A stretch of 64,000 nt of DNA from an uncultured Bacilli bacterium (GTDB lineage: Bacteria; Bacillota_I; Bacilli_A; RF39; UBA660): the NCBI GenBank assembly GCA_934085585.1, contig CAKOHI010000004.1:16064-80063 (forward strand), in the 5' to 3' direction. This document shows, one piece after another, positions 10,278-19,943 of the stretch. Position numbers and translations under genes: made by a program. The notes under the pieces are model-generated. The model had not been told where the DNA came from. It ran no database searches and saw nothing but the letters and a program-made list of their open reading frames with translations. Each line of letters begins with the position of its first letter. The first letter of the stretch is position 1.

Positions 10278-10898
10278 ATGCAACAATTTATATTACATGT
10301 AATAGAACAATTTGGTTATCTCGGAGTATTTTTTCTAATATTAATTGAAAATGTGTTTCCACCGATACCATCAGAAGTAATTCTTTTATTTAGTGGCTTT
10401 TTTAGTACTTATACGAATTTAAGTGTGTTTTATATGATACTTGCATCAACGATTGGTTCACTTTTGGGTGCTATAGTTCTTTATTATATAGGGAAAATAT
10501 TTAATAAAGATAGATTAAAAAAGATAGTTAGAAGTAAAATAGGTAAAATATTATTTTTGAAAGAAAAAGATATAGATAAAGCTGATGAGTGGTTTGATGA
10601 TAAGGGAGATAAATGTGTGTTCTTTTGTAGGTTTGTTCCAATTGTTAGAAGTCTTATTTCAGTACCTGCTGGTATGAGTGAAATGCCATTGTTTAAGTTT
10701 GTTGTTTATACAATATGTGGATCAATGATTTGGAATACAGTATTAATTTGTGCTGGATATAAATTAGGTGATAATTGGGAATATTTTTTAAGTATATTAG
10801 ATAAGTATAAATTGATAGTAATTATAATATTTATTATAGTATTTATATATGTAATAGTAAAATTTTATTTAAAGAGAAGAAAAAGTAAAAATATATAG
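10278..10898 (+). CDS. DedA-family membrane protein
   Basis: GYLGVFFLILIENVFPPIPSEVILLFSGF and FCRFVPIVRSLISVPAGM are DedA/SNARE-associated signatures. Multi-TM. Confidence 0.85.
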   Translation: MQQFILHVIEQFGYLGVFFLILIENVFPPIPSEVILLFSGFFSTYTNLSVFYMILASTIGSLLGAIVLYYIGKIFNKDRLKKIVRSKIGKILFLKEKDIDKADEWFDDKGDKCVFFCRFVPIVRSLISVPAGMSEMPLFKFVVYTICGSMIWNTVLICAGYKLGDNWEYFLSILDKYKLIVIIIFIIVFIYVIVKFYLKRRKSKNI

Positions 10899-10947
10899 AG
10901 CTTTTTCTTTTATTTTGTTATAATATATTTGTTGGTGAGGTGTAACT

Positions 10948-12222
10948 ATGAATGGAAATGTAACATTACTTCCTGCAGATACTTATGTTGTAATAAATAA
11001 AAGTATTTTGTGTGATATTGATAGAAAATATTTAATTTCCTTTTATGAACCAATTATAGGTCATTTAGCTACATCTTTATATTTAACTTTGATTAACGAT
11101 TTAGAAAGTGAAAAACAAATATCAAGAGATTTTACTCATCATCATTTAATGAGTCTTTTAAAGGTGCCATTAAAAGTATTAAAAGAAGCTAGAGAAGTTT
11201 TAGAAGGTGTTGGGCTTTTAAAAACATATTATAAAGAAGGCGATGTTAATCAATATATTTATGAGATTTATTCACCATTAAGTCCGAATGAATTTTTTAA
11301 TCATCCAATTTTAAATATAGTTTTATATAATAACTTAGGTGCTACAGAATATGAATATTTAAAAAAGCAATATCAAAAAGTTAAAGTTGATACTAAAACG
11401 TTTATAGATATAACTAAAAAGTTAGATGATGTAATGGAAAGTGCTGTAAATATGCCAGTTATTGATGTGATTGAGAGAAGTATTAATGATATTGAAGTAA
11501 GTGATCATGTGGATTTTGATTTAATATTATCAAGTATACCAAAAGGAATTATTAATGAAAAAGTATTTACTAAAAAAACAAAAGAATTAATTAATGAATT
11601 GGCATTTATATATAAGATAGATACTTTAAAAATGGTGGAATTAATAAGAAGTGTTCTTAATGAATATGGTATGATAGATAAGAATAATTTAAGAATTAAT
11701 GCAAGAAGAATGTATCAATTTAATAATGGAGCTTTACCAACATTAATATATAGATCTCAACCAGAACATTTAAAGAGTCCTGATGGAGATAATTCAATGC
11801 GTGGTAAAATAATAAAAATGTTTGAAAGTATTAATCCGGTTGATTTTTTAAGAAATAAATATCATGGGGCTAAACCTACGAATAGGGATATTAAAATTAT
11901 AGAAAATTTAATTATTGATTTGGAAATGCCTCCGGCGGTGGTTAATGTTTTACTTGATTATGTTTTAAAGAAAAATAATAATAAGTTAGCTGTTAATTAT
12001 ATTGAAACAATCGCAGGTCAATGGAAAAGAGCAGACTTAAAGAATGCTAAAGAAGCTATGGATTTTGCTGAAAAAGAAAATAAAAAATTTACAAAGAGGT
12101 TGGATGTACCAAAAGATAAAGCTAATATGGAACCTGTTTGGTTTAATAAAGTTAATGAAAAAAGTGAAATGACTGATGCTGATAAAGAAGAATTAGAAAA
12201 TTTGTTGAAGGAGTTTAAATAA
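10948..12222 (+). CDS. dnaB: Replication initiation and membrane attachment protein DnaB (Bacillus-type, DnaD-like; not the helicase)
   Basis: The C-terminal DnaB_2/DnaD-like repeat (PPAVVNVLLDYVLKKNNNKLAVNYIETIAGQWKRADLKNAKEAMDF) and 1-nt overlap (TAATG) with dnaI match the B. subtilis dnaB-dnaI arrangement. Confidence 0.8.
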   Translation: MNGNVTLLPADTYVVINKSILCDIDRKYLISFYEPIIGHLATSLYLTLINDLESEKQISRDFTHHHLMSLLKVPLKVLKEAREVLEGVGLLKTYYKEGDVNQYIYEIYSPLSPNEFFNHPILNIVLYNNLGATEYEYLKKQYQKVKVDTKTFIDITKKLDDVMESAVNMPVIDVIERSINDIEVSDHVDFDLILSSIPKGIINEKVFTKKTKELINELAFIYKIDTLKMVELIRSVLNEYGMIDKNNLRINARRMYQFNNGALPTLIYRSQPEHLKSPDGDNSMRGKIIKMFESINPVDFLRNKYHGAKPTNRDIKIIENLIIDLEMPPAVVNVLLDYVLKKNNNKLAVNYIETIAGQWKRADLKNAKEAMDFAEKENKKFTKRLDVPKDKANMEPVWFNKVNEKSEMTDADKEELENLLKEFK

Positions 12223-13112
12223 TGGAACAAATAAATATGAGTTTAAGTGAAAAAATAGAAAAATCTTTAGAACAAGAATTAGCTAAATCTTTGAAAGATG
12301 AAGATTTTTGTAATTTAATTAAAAGAAATAAGTTGCCTAAAGATGTTGTGCTTAAAAATAATACTAAATTGATGGATACGTGTGATGAACTTAAAAATTG
12401 TAAAACTTGTAAAGGTTTAAATATGTGTAAAAATAAGGTTGAAGGGCATGTGTTATATCCAAGTTATAGTGATGAGACTTTGAAATTTGTTTATGTTCCA
12501 TGTAAATTTCAAAAAGAGTTAGTAAAGAAAAACAATGAAAAAAAAGTAATGCTTAATGAAATTAAAAATGCTCGGATGAAAGATATTGATATAAATGATA
12601 AAAATAGAGTTAAAATTATTAAATGGCTTAAAGATTATTATGATAAATATGAAAAAGTAAATACTTTAAAAGGATTATATTTACATGGATCTTTTGGAAG
12701 TGGAAAAACTTTTTTAATTTCAGCTTTGTTTAATGAACTAGAAAAAAGTAAGAATGCTGTTACTGAAGTTGTATATTTGCCAGAAGTATTAAGAAATATG
12801 AAAGAAGATTTTAGTTTAGTTGAAGATAAACTTAATTATTTAGAAAATGTAGATGTTTTATTGATTGATGATATTGGGGCTGAAAATGTAACTGCATGGG
12901 GTAGAGATGAAATATTAGGAACTATTTTACAATATAGAATGAATAATAAATTAACTACTTTTTTAACTTCTAATTTAACTTTGGATGAGCTAGAAATACA
13001 TTTGTCTTTAGCTAAAAATAGTGAAGATAAAGTAAAAGCTAGAAGAATAATTGAAAGAATTAAACAGTTAACTGAAGATATGGAATTAATAAGTATTAAT
13101 CGAAGAAATTAA
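12222..13112 (+). CDS. dnaI: Primosomal protein DnaI (helicase loader, AAA+)
   Basis: N-terminal Cys-rich zinc module (CDELKNCKTCKGLNMC), Walker A GSFGSGKTF and Walker B LLIDDIG. Confidence 0.88.
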   Translation: MEQINMSLSEKIEKSLEQELAKSLKDEDFCNLIKRNKLPKDVVLKNNTKLMDTCDELKNCKTCKGLNMCKNKVEGHVLYPSYSDETLKFVYVPCKFQKELVKKNNEKKVMLNEIKNARMKDIDINDKNRVKIIKWLKDYYDKYEKVNTLKGLYLHGSFGSGKTFLISALFNELEKSKNAVTEVVYLPEVLRNMKEDFSLVEDKLNYLENVDVLLIDDIGAENVTAWGRDEILGTILQYRMNNKLTTFLTSNLTLDELEIHLSLAKNSEDKVKARRIIERIKQLTEDMELISINRRN

Positions 13113-13172
13113 TTTTTTCTTTTTAAATTTAATTTTTTGTGGTATGATAATATAAAGGTAGGGTGATTAGTG

Positions 13173-14030
13173 ATGGAAAAGTTAGAACCATTATTAAAAG
13201 AAGAGGAAGATAAGTTTTATTTTATAAAGAATAATGAACCTAAAAAAAATAAATTAAGTGATGATAAAAAGAGTTTGATTATTACTTCAGTTTTAGGTGT
13301 ATTCATTTTAATGTTTTTATGGTATTGTTTGTATCCTTTTTATGTAGGTTTTGTTAATTTTGAAGAGGGGCATGAAATTGAAGCAGGATTGATAAAAAAA
13401 GAAGAGGAAGAAGTTCCTGTTACATCTGCAGTAATATCTGATTTATATAAATATGTTAGTAATATAAATAGTTTCTTAACACCGAATGTTTTTGGAATTT
13501 TTTATACTGATCATGAAGTTGGAAGGGATATTTTAGATGATAGTCAAAAATTGGAAGTAATATTTAGATATATGGGAGCTTCATGTGGAAGTGAGTTAAT
13601 AAAAAGTATAGATGATATAAAAAATGCTTCGATGATGATTTTTAATAGTGATAGTGTTATAAAAGTAATAACTGATAATAATCAAGTAAATGGATTTAGT
13701 ATTAATTATAATGAAGCAAATAATAATTATTCTATTGTAGCAGATGAATGTAAAGCAAGTAATGATTTTACATTTAAAAAAGTTGTTAAAGCAAGTAGTT
13801 TAGATGATGAAATTTATATTTATGAAGCTGTTGGATATTTTGTAAATGTTGGAAATAATAAATATGAAGTTTATAGTGATTTATCAAAGAAAACTAAATT
13901 AGGTGATTATATTGATGAAAATGGCAATAAAGAATTTAGTGAAATTAGTGCTTTAAAACAATATAAATGGAAATTTAAAAAGAATAATGATAATAGTTAT
14001 TCTTTAATATCAGTTATTCCAGTTATTTGA
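13173..14030 (+). CDS. Hypothetical membrane-anchored protein
   Basis: ORF with a single TM (LIITSVLGVFILMFLWYCLYPFYV) and an extracytoplasmic domain with no motif I recognise. RBS GGTAGGGTGA. Confidence 0.5.
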   Translation: MEKLEPLLKEEEDKFYFIKNNEPKKNKLSDDKKSLIITSVLGVFILMFLWYCLYPFYVGFVNFEEGHEIEAGLIKKEEEEVPVTSAVISDLYKYVSNINSFLTPNVFGIFYTDHEVGRDILDDSQKLEVIFRYMGASCGSELIKSIDDIKNASMMIFNSDSVIKVITDNNQVNGFSINYNEANNNYSIVADECKASNDFTFKKVVKASSLDDEIYIYEAVGYFVNVGNNKYEVYSDLSKKTKLGDYIDENGNKEFSEISALKQYKWKFKKNNDNSYSLISVIPVI

Positions 14031-14320
14031 TTAAATAAAAGTTTTAGATTATTTAAATAGATTAGTTTATTGGAACTATCTATTTTTTTTATTGGACCAA
14101 AATAAGTATAAAATAATCCGTTTTTATAATATGTAATGGTTACTTTGTTTTGCATGTAGTAGGCATCAATGATAGATTCTTCGATTAGTTTTTTATCATC
14201 ATCACTAATAATTGGTTTGGGTCTTTTTTCTTTTTCTCGCATTAGTGAATATAATATTTCTTTGTTACTTACAACAGAGTTAAAAGGCATCCATTTTATC
14301 ATGCCGCGATCTTTATTCAT
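13997..14320 (-). CDS. YolD-like protein
   Basis: RGMIKWMPFNS motif and ~105-aa size, placed immediately downstream of a Y-family polymerase as in uvrX-yolD / yqjW-yqzH. The ATG at 14320 is preceded by GGAGG with 5-nt spacing. Confidence 0.75.
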   Translation of the reverse strand: MNKDRGMIKWMPFNSVVSNKEILYSLMREKEKRPKPIISDDDKKLIEESIIDAYYMQNKVTITYYKNGLFYTYFGPIKKIDSSNKLIYLNNLKLLFNQITGITDIKE

Positions 14321-15575
14321 GATGTCCTCCGATTTTTTCATTTCTAGCTATAGCTGTTGAATCTGGTAGGAGGCTACTGGCTTTAACAATACTATTTTTA
14401 CCAAATCTAATTTTTATTTCATCAATAGCATTGTTTATTTTCATTTCATTATTTTTTTCTTCGAATGAATCAAATAAATTTAGCTGGATACCTTCTTTTT
14501 TAGTTAGCCCTCCGCATGAGATACTTACTTTTCGGATAGGTAAATTATTGTAATAACGATCAAATATTAAATAACAAATATTAGTAATATCTTTGCTAGA
14601 ATCTGTAGCAGTATCAAGTTTTATGGAATGGTAAAAGCCTCCGTGAATGTCTTTGGAATAACCAATACCAAAACCTATTACCCGTGTTTCTTTTCCACTG
14701 GCCCGTAGTCTAGTAGTTAGAACATCTACCATTTCAGCAATTATTAATTTTATATTAGATTCATTATAATCTTTAAATAAAACTTGGGAATGACTAAAAG
14801 ATTTATCTTTGGGACTAACTTTAAAGTCACTTATTCTACTTAAATCAATACCATTTGCATGATTCCATAGTTCTTGACCCATTACTCCGAATTTATCTTT
14901 TAAGATATTTTTATCAAAATTAGCTAGTTCTTTTATGGTATAAATGTTTAAATTATTTAAATTTTTTTCCATTCTAGGTCCGATTCCCCACATTTTTGAT
15001 AATGGGGTGATAGGCCATAATTTTTCTGGAACATCTTCATAACTCCATTTGGCAATGCCATTTTTGTACTTTTTGGCTTCGGTATCCATAGCTACTTTAG
15101 CAAGTAAAAGGTTTGGCCCAATTCCACATGTTGCTGTAAGTCCAGTTTTTTCTTCGATTGTTTTTAAGATGTCTTCAGCTAGTTCATAGTCGCTTTTTTT
15201 ATATAATTTCAAATAATCTGTTACATCTAAAAAACATTCATCGATAGAGTAGATGTGTAAATCTTCTTGAGCAACATAATCTAGATAAATGCTTACGACT
15301 TCTTTACTTTTTTCTATATATAATTTCATTCGCGGAGGAACAATTTCATAACTTATATTTTTAGGAATGTCATATAATCTAACTCGAGATGGTACACCTT
15401 GTTTTTTTAAAGCTGGAGTAACTGCTAGAGTTATGGCTCCGTTTCCTTGTTTTTTATTTGCCACTACCAAAGGAACTTTGAATGGGTCTAGTCCACGTTC
15501 TATACATTCACATGATGCAAAAAAGCTTTTCAAGTCAATACACATAATATTTCTTTTTACATATAAATCATTCAT
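14313..15575 (-). CDS. Y-family (translesion) DNA polymerase, UvrX/DinB-like
   Basis: IMCIDLKSFFASCECIERGLDP, SIDECFLDVT and helix-hairpin-helix regions. The ATG at 15575 is preceded by GGAGG; the longer track ORF starts inside the operator/RBS region. Confidence 0.88.
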   Translation of the reverse strand: MNDLYVKRNIMCIDLKSFFASCECIERGLDPFKVPLVVANKKQGNGAITLAVTPALKKQGVPSRVRLYDIPKNISYEIVPPRMKLYIEKSKEVVSIYLDYVAQEDLHIYSIDECFLDVTDYLKLYKKSDYELAEDILKTIEEKTGLTATCGIGPNLLLAKVAMDTEAKKYKNGIAKWSYEDVPEKLWPITPLSKMWGIGPRMEKNLNNLNIYTIKELANFDKNILKDKFGVMGQELWNHANGIDLSRISDFKVSPKDKSFSHSQVLFKDYNESNIKLIIAEMVDVLTTRLRASGKETRVIGFGIGYSKDIHGGFYHSIKLDTATDSSKDITNICYLIFDRYYNNLPIRKVSISCGGLTKKEGIQLNLFDSFEEKNNEMKINNAIDEIKIRFGKNSIVKASSLLPDSTAIARNEKIGGHHE

Positions 15576-15586
15576 AACTTTACCTC

Positions 15587-15600
15587 CGAACATTTGTTTA
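15587..15600 (-). promoter_or_regulatory. LexA (Cheo) box-like operator upstream of the polymerase/yolD operon
   Basis: The plus-strand sequence CGAACATTTGTTTA abuts the RBS. It fits the Firmicute CGAAC-N4-GTTCG box with a degenerate right arm, and 12/14 positions match the motif upstream of lexA (26605-26618). Confidence 0.6.
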
Positions 15601-15742
15601 TAACAATATTATATGTTATTATCAGTTAATAATCAATTCCTTATTTTGGTAATTAAATTATAGCAAGATATAAATGGCATATCAATATCAATTTACACCA
15701 TTTAGTATACATGATATAATTAGTAAGAAAGAAGTTGATAAT

Positions 15743-16627
15743 ATGATAATTGGTTCACATGTTAATTTTGGAACAGAACAATTGCTAGGATGTGCAAAGC
15801 AAGCAGTTAGTTATGGTGCTAATACTTTTATGTTTTATACGGGAGCACCTCAAAATACAATTAGAAAAAAAATTGATGAAAATTTAACTTTGGAAGCAAA
15901 AAAATATATGAATGAAAATGGTATTGATATAAATAATGTAATATGTCATGCGCCTTATATTATTAATTTAGCTAATAGAGAAAACGAGATGTCTTGGAAT
16001 TTTTCATGTGCATTTTTAAAGCAAGAGATTGCTAGAATTAGTGAAATGGGAGTTAATTTTATTGTTGTTCATCCTGGAAATAGTTTGAAAATGGATCGAG
16101 ATGTTGCTTTAGATAATATTGCTAGTGCAATTAATTTAATAATTGATGAAAATACTAAACCAATGATACTTCTTGAAACTATGGCTGGTAAAGGAACGGA
16201 ATGTGGAATAAACATTTTAGAAATAAAGAGTATTTTAGATAAAATAGTATTAAAAAATAAAGTCGGAGTTTGTATAGATACTTGTCATTTAAATGATTCT
16301 GGGGTAGACATTTCTAAATTTTTAGATTATTTAAAAGAGTTTGATAATGTAATTGGAATTGCTAATATTAAATGTATTCATTTAAATGATAGTAAAAATG
16401 AAATTGGTACACGTAAAGATAGACATGAAAATATTGGCTATGGAACTATTGGATTTGATAATTTGATAAATGTTTCTTATCTAGATAAATTAAAAGATGT
16501 TCCCAAGATATTAGAAACACCATATATTAAAGATAATCCTCCATATAAATTTGAAATAGAAATGATTAAAAATAAAACTTTTAATAATCATTTAGAAGAA
16601 GATGTATTAAATACTTATCAAAAATAA
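15743..16627 (+). CDS. nfo: Endonuclease IV (AP endonuclease 2 family)
   Basis: MIIGSHV start, CHAPYIINLA, VVHPG, CIDTCH and HLNDS metal-ligand motifs. The upstream 23 codons of the track ORF are probably not translated. Confidence 0.88.
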   Translation: MIIGSHVNFGTEQLLGCAKQAVSYGANTFMFYTGAPQNTIRKKIDENLTLEAKKYMNENGIDINNVICHAPYIINLANRENEMSWNFSCAFLKQEIARISEMGVNFIVVHPGNSLKMDRDVALDNIASAINLIIDENTKPMILLETMAGKGTECGINILEIKSILDKIVLKNKVGVCIDTCHLNDSGVDISKFLDYLKEFDNVIGIANIKCIHLNDSKNEIGTRKDRHENIGYGTIGFDNLINVSYLDKLKDVPKILETPYIKDNPPYKFEIEMIKNKTFNNHLEEDVLNTYQK

Positions 16628-16628
16628 A

Positions 16629-16892
16629 TTATTTTAAAATTGAATTAAATTTTTGAAAATATTCATTAAATACTTGTTTTACTTTAGAAAAGTTTTCTTC
16701 TTTATAATGATTTTTATAACGATCAATATCGAAAATACTTGGATTTTTTAAAACATCTTTCCAATTCTTTTTGATAAAGTTATAGGTAAAATCTATTTCT
16801 TCTGGGCATAATGTTGCCCCTTTTTTTAATGCAAATTTATTAATATCTTCTTTAGTTAATTTATTTATATATGCTCCGATTATATTAAACAT
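16629..16892 (-). CDS. Small DUF2624-like protein
   Basis: 87-90 aa. INKLTKEDINKFALKKGATLCPEEIDF resembles the Bacillus DUF2624 family (from memory). RBS AAGGTGA. Confidence 0.45.
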   Translation of the reverse strand: MFNIIGAYINKLTKEDINKFALKKGATLCPEEIDFTYNFIKKNWKDVLKNPSIFDIDRYKNHYKEENFSKVKQVFNEYFQKFNSILK

Positions 16893-16946
16893 CATAATCA
16901 CCTTAATATATTGTATGTTTTTAATGAAAAAAGGAATACTATTATT

Positions 16947-18881
16947 ATGAAAAAATTTATAAGTTTTGGTGTAATTGTAATGGTTTTTGTGCTTTTTGGA
17001 ATTAAATTAACTAATATATTATTTAATAATTCTTATTATGCAAAAAAATTAGATGAAAAAACTAATATTTATGTTAATGGCACTAGTGCACCTCGAGGAA
17101 GAATTCTTGATACAAATGGTAAGGTTTTGGTTGATAATATTGGAGTAAAGACAATTTACTATAATAAAATAAAAGGAATAAAAAGTAGTGATGAATTAAA
17201 AATAGCAGCATATTTAGTGGAAATTTTAGATGTTGATGAAGGTAATGATAAAGAGTTAAAAAGTTACTATTTAATAACTAATAATAATGGTAAAAATTTG
17301 ATAACGAAAGAAGAGTATGATTTGTTAGAAAAAAGAAAATTAACAAAGGAGGATATAGAAAATAAAAAAATAGAAAGAATAACTGATGAGATGATAAACT
17401 ATGATAGTACAACTAAAAAAATTGCTCATGTATATAATTTGATGAATAATGGTTATATTTATAGTAAAAAGGAAATAGCTAAAAATGTGAGTGAAGGTGA
17501 GTATGCTAAAATTATTGAAAGTAAGATTCCAGGAGTAACCGGGGAACTTTCTTGGGAAAGAGTTTATCCCTATGGTGATACTTTGAAAAATGTTTTTGGT
17601 AGAGTTGGTAGTATTACTAAAGAGTTAAAAAATGATTATTTAAATAATGGTTATGAACTTACTGATTTAGTGGGAATGAGTTATTTAGAAAAAGAATATG
17701 AAGAGTATTTAAAGGGAAAAAAAGCTAAATATAAAGTGGGTAGCGATTATAGTTTAACTAAAGTAAATGAAGAAGAAAAGGGATATGATTTAGTATTATC
17801 AATTGATATAGATTTACAAATGAAAGTTGAAGAAATAATAAAAGATAAAATAAATTTAGGTAAAAGGTATGGAAATACAGAATATTTTAAGGATGGCTAT
17901 GCTATTGTTAGTAATCCTTTGACAGGGGAAATACTTGCGTTGGGGGGACAGAGATTAAATGATGATAATAGTTTTAGTGATATTAGTTTAAATACTACGA
18001 ATAAATCTTATACAATTGGAAGTGCTGTAAAAGGCGCTACGATTGGGGTGGGTTATAAATATAATTTGATTACTCCGGGAGCTTTTATTAATGATGCTTG
18101 TGTTAAATTATATTTAGTGCCTGAAAAGTGTAGTTTTAAAAGACTGGGAAAAGTAAATGATTTGACCGCATTGGCTAATTCATCAAATTATTATCAATAT
18201 ATGATTGCTATAAAACTTACTGGTAATAATTATAAACCTAATGTAAAACTTAATGCTACGAAAGAACATTTTGATATATATAGAAATATGCTTGCTAGCT
18301 TTGGACTTGGTGTTAAAACTGAAATAGATTTACCTGGAGAAGAAATTGGAATAATTGGGTCTACTATTGCTGATGATTTACTTTTGAATCTTTCTATTGG
18401 GCAATACGATACTTATACACCGCTAGAAGTTTTACAATATATTAATAGTGTTGCTAGTGGCAAAAGAATGAAATTGAGCTTGATGAAAGAAATTAGAAAT
18501 AAAGATGGTGTAATATTAAAAAATGATATAAATATTTTAAATGATGTTGATTTAGATGAAGATAGTTTAGAAAGAATTAGGGAAGGAATGAGACTTGTTT
18601 TAAGTGAAGGTACTGGTAAGTTTTATGTTCCTCAAGGACTTGATTTTGCTGGTAAGACCGGAACAAGTGAATCATTTTTAGATACTAATAATGATGGTAA
18701 AGTTGATACTGCCACAATATCATCAACGTTTACAGGTTTTTATCCATCTGAAGATCCTAAATTTAGTTTAGTGGTAATAACACCGAATATTTCTCATAAA
18801 AATGGTAAAACAGATGCTTTTTATTATGGGGCTAGTAAAATAACTAAAGATATTGTTAATTTTTTAAATAGTAATTATTAA
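16947..18881 (+). CDS. Class B penicillin-binding protein (transpeptidase, PBP2/SpoVD-like)
   Basis: N-terminal TM anchor, a dimerisation domain, then SxxK (GSAVKG), SxN (NSSN) and KTGT (GKTGTSE). Confidence 0.88.
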   Translation: MKKFISFGVIVMVFVLFGIKLTNILFNNSYYAKKLDEKTNIYVNGTSAPRGRILDTNGKVLVDNIGVKTIYYNKIKGIKSSDELKIAAYLVEILDVDEGNDKELKSYYLITNNNGKNLITKEEYDLLEKRKLTKEDIENKKIERITDEMINYDSTTKKIAHVYNLMNNGYIYSKKEIAKNVSEGEYAKIIESKIPGVTGELSWERVYPYGDTLKNVFGRVGSITKELKNDYLNNGYELTDLVGMSYLEKEYEEYLKGKKAKYKVGSDYSLTKVNEEEKGYDLVLSIDIDLQMKVEEIIKDKINLGKRYGNTEYFKDGYAIVSNPLTGEILALGGQRLNDDNSFSDISLNTTNKSYTIGSAVKGATIGVGYKYNLITPGAFINDACVKLYLVPEKCSFKRLGKVNDLTALANSSNYYQYMIAIKLTGNNYKPNVKLNATKEHFDIYRNMLASFGLGVKTEIDLPGEEIGIIGSTIADDLLLNLSIGQYDTYTPLEVLQYINSVASGKRMKLSLMKEIRNKDGVILKNDINILNDVDLDEDSLERIREGMRLVLSEGTGKFYVPQGLDFAGKTGTSESFLDTNNDGKVDTATISSTFTGFYPSEDPKFSLVVITPNISHKNGKTDAFYYGASKITKDIVNFLNSNY

Positions 18882-19058
18882 TAAAAAAAGTTATAATAAA
18901 ATAGCTTTTTTTCTTTGTAAAATTATGATTTAGGTTTAAAACGGGGTTATAATATATCTAAAAAGTTAATAAAAATGGAAAATATTATCTAAATTAGTTG
19001 AAAAATCGTATAATTTTGGTATAATTAATAGAGATTGTTTAAGTGAGGAGGAATAATT

Positions 19059-19223
19059 ATGGCAAAAAAGGAAAATCGTAGTGAAGTAACTATGAGATGT
19101 TCTGTTTGTGGTTTTGAATTACGCCCTGTTAGTAAAAATAAAAAGAATACTCCAGATCGTCTTGAATTAAATAGATATTGCCCAAAATGTAGAAAGACAG
19201 TAGCTGCTAAAGAAAAGAAATAA
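19059..19223 (+). CDS. rpmG: 50S ribosomal protein L33
   Basis: Not in the ORF track (54 aa). My translation is MAKKENRSEVTMRCSVCGFELRPVSKNKKNTPDRLELNRYCPKCRKTVAAKEKK, with the CxxC...PDRLEL..YCPKC signature of L33. RBS GAGGAGG. Promoter-like TTGAAA/TGGTATAAT lies upstream (about 18998-19030). Confidence 0.9.
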   Translation: MAKKENRSEVTMRCSVCGFELRPVSKNKKNTPDRLELNRYCPKCRKTVAAKEKK

Positions 19224-19242
19224 TAGAAAAGAGGAATAATAT

Positions 19243-19803
19243 ATGGACATTAATATTAATGACATTAAAAATGGTATGACAATTATTATGGATGGTAATT
19301 TGTATACTATAGTTGAATTTCAACATGTAAAACCTGGAAAAGGACCTGCTTTTGTAAGAATTAAAAGAAGAAATTTAAGAACTGGAGCAGTTACTGAAGA
19401 TACATTTAATACAAATATTAAAATAACTAAAGCACATATTGAAAAAGTTAAAGCTGGTTATTTGTATCAAATGGGTGATACTTATGTATTTATGAATAAT
19501 TCAACTTATGAACAAATTGAACTTCCAGCATCAGTTTTAGGTGATAATGTTAATTTCATTAAAGAAGGTTTAGAAATTGATATTGATAACTATGATGGAG
19601 AAATAATTGGTATTACATTACCAGAAAAAATAGAATATGAAGTTGTTGAAACAGAACCAGCTGTTAAAGGTAATACTGCAACTAATGCAAGTAAAGATGC
19701 TAAAATTGAAACTGGTTATATTGTTAAAGTTCCTTTATTTATAAATGAAGGAGAAAAAATAATTGTTTCTACTAAAGATGGAAAATATTCTGGAAGAGCA
19801 TAA
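19243..19803 (+). CDS. efp: Elongation factor P
   Basis: 186 aa. VKPGKGPAFVRIKRRNLRTG with the conserved loop Lys, and an OB-fold C-terminus. Confidence 0.95.
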   Translation: MDININDIKNGMTIIMDGNLYTIVEFQHVKPGKGPAFVRIKRRNLRTGAVTEDTFNTNIKITKAHIEKVKAGYLYQMGDTYVFMNNSTYEQIELPASVLGDNVNFIKEGLEIDIDNYDGEIIGITLPEKIEYEVVETEPAVKGNTATNASKDAKIETGYIVKVPLFINEGEKIIVSTKDGKYSGRA

Positions 19804-19816
19804 GCTCTTTTTTTTG
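19794..19816 (+). terminator. Intrinsic terminator of efp
   Basis: AAGAGC (19794-19799), loop ATAA, GCTCTT (19804-19809), then a T-run. Confidence 0.7.
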
Positions 19817-19943
19817 TGTAAAAATGTGTATATAAATGTATATCTGGTAATTATTCTTTGTAACCTTTTGACTTGTTTTGTCGAACTTGTTGCAGTAAAA
19901 AAAATTGTATGTATAATAGACATTCAAGAAAGGAGGTGGAAAA

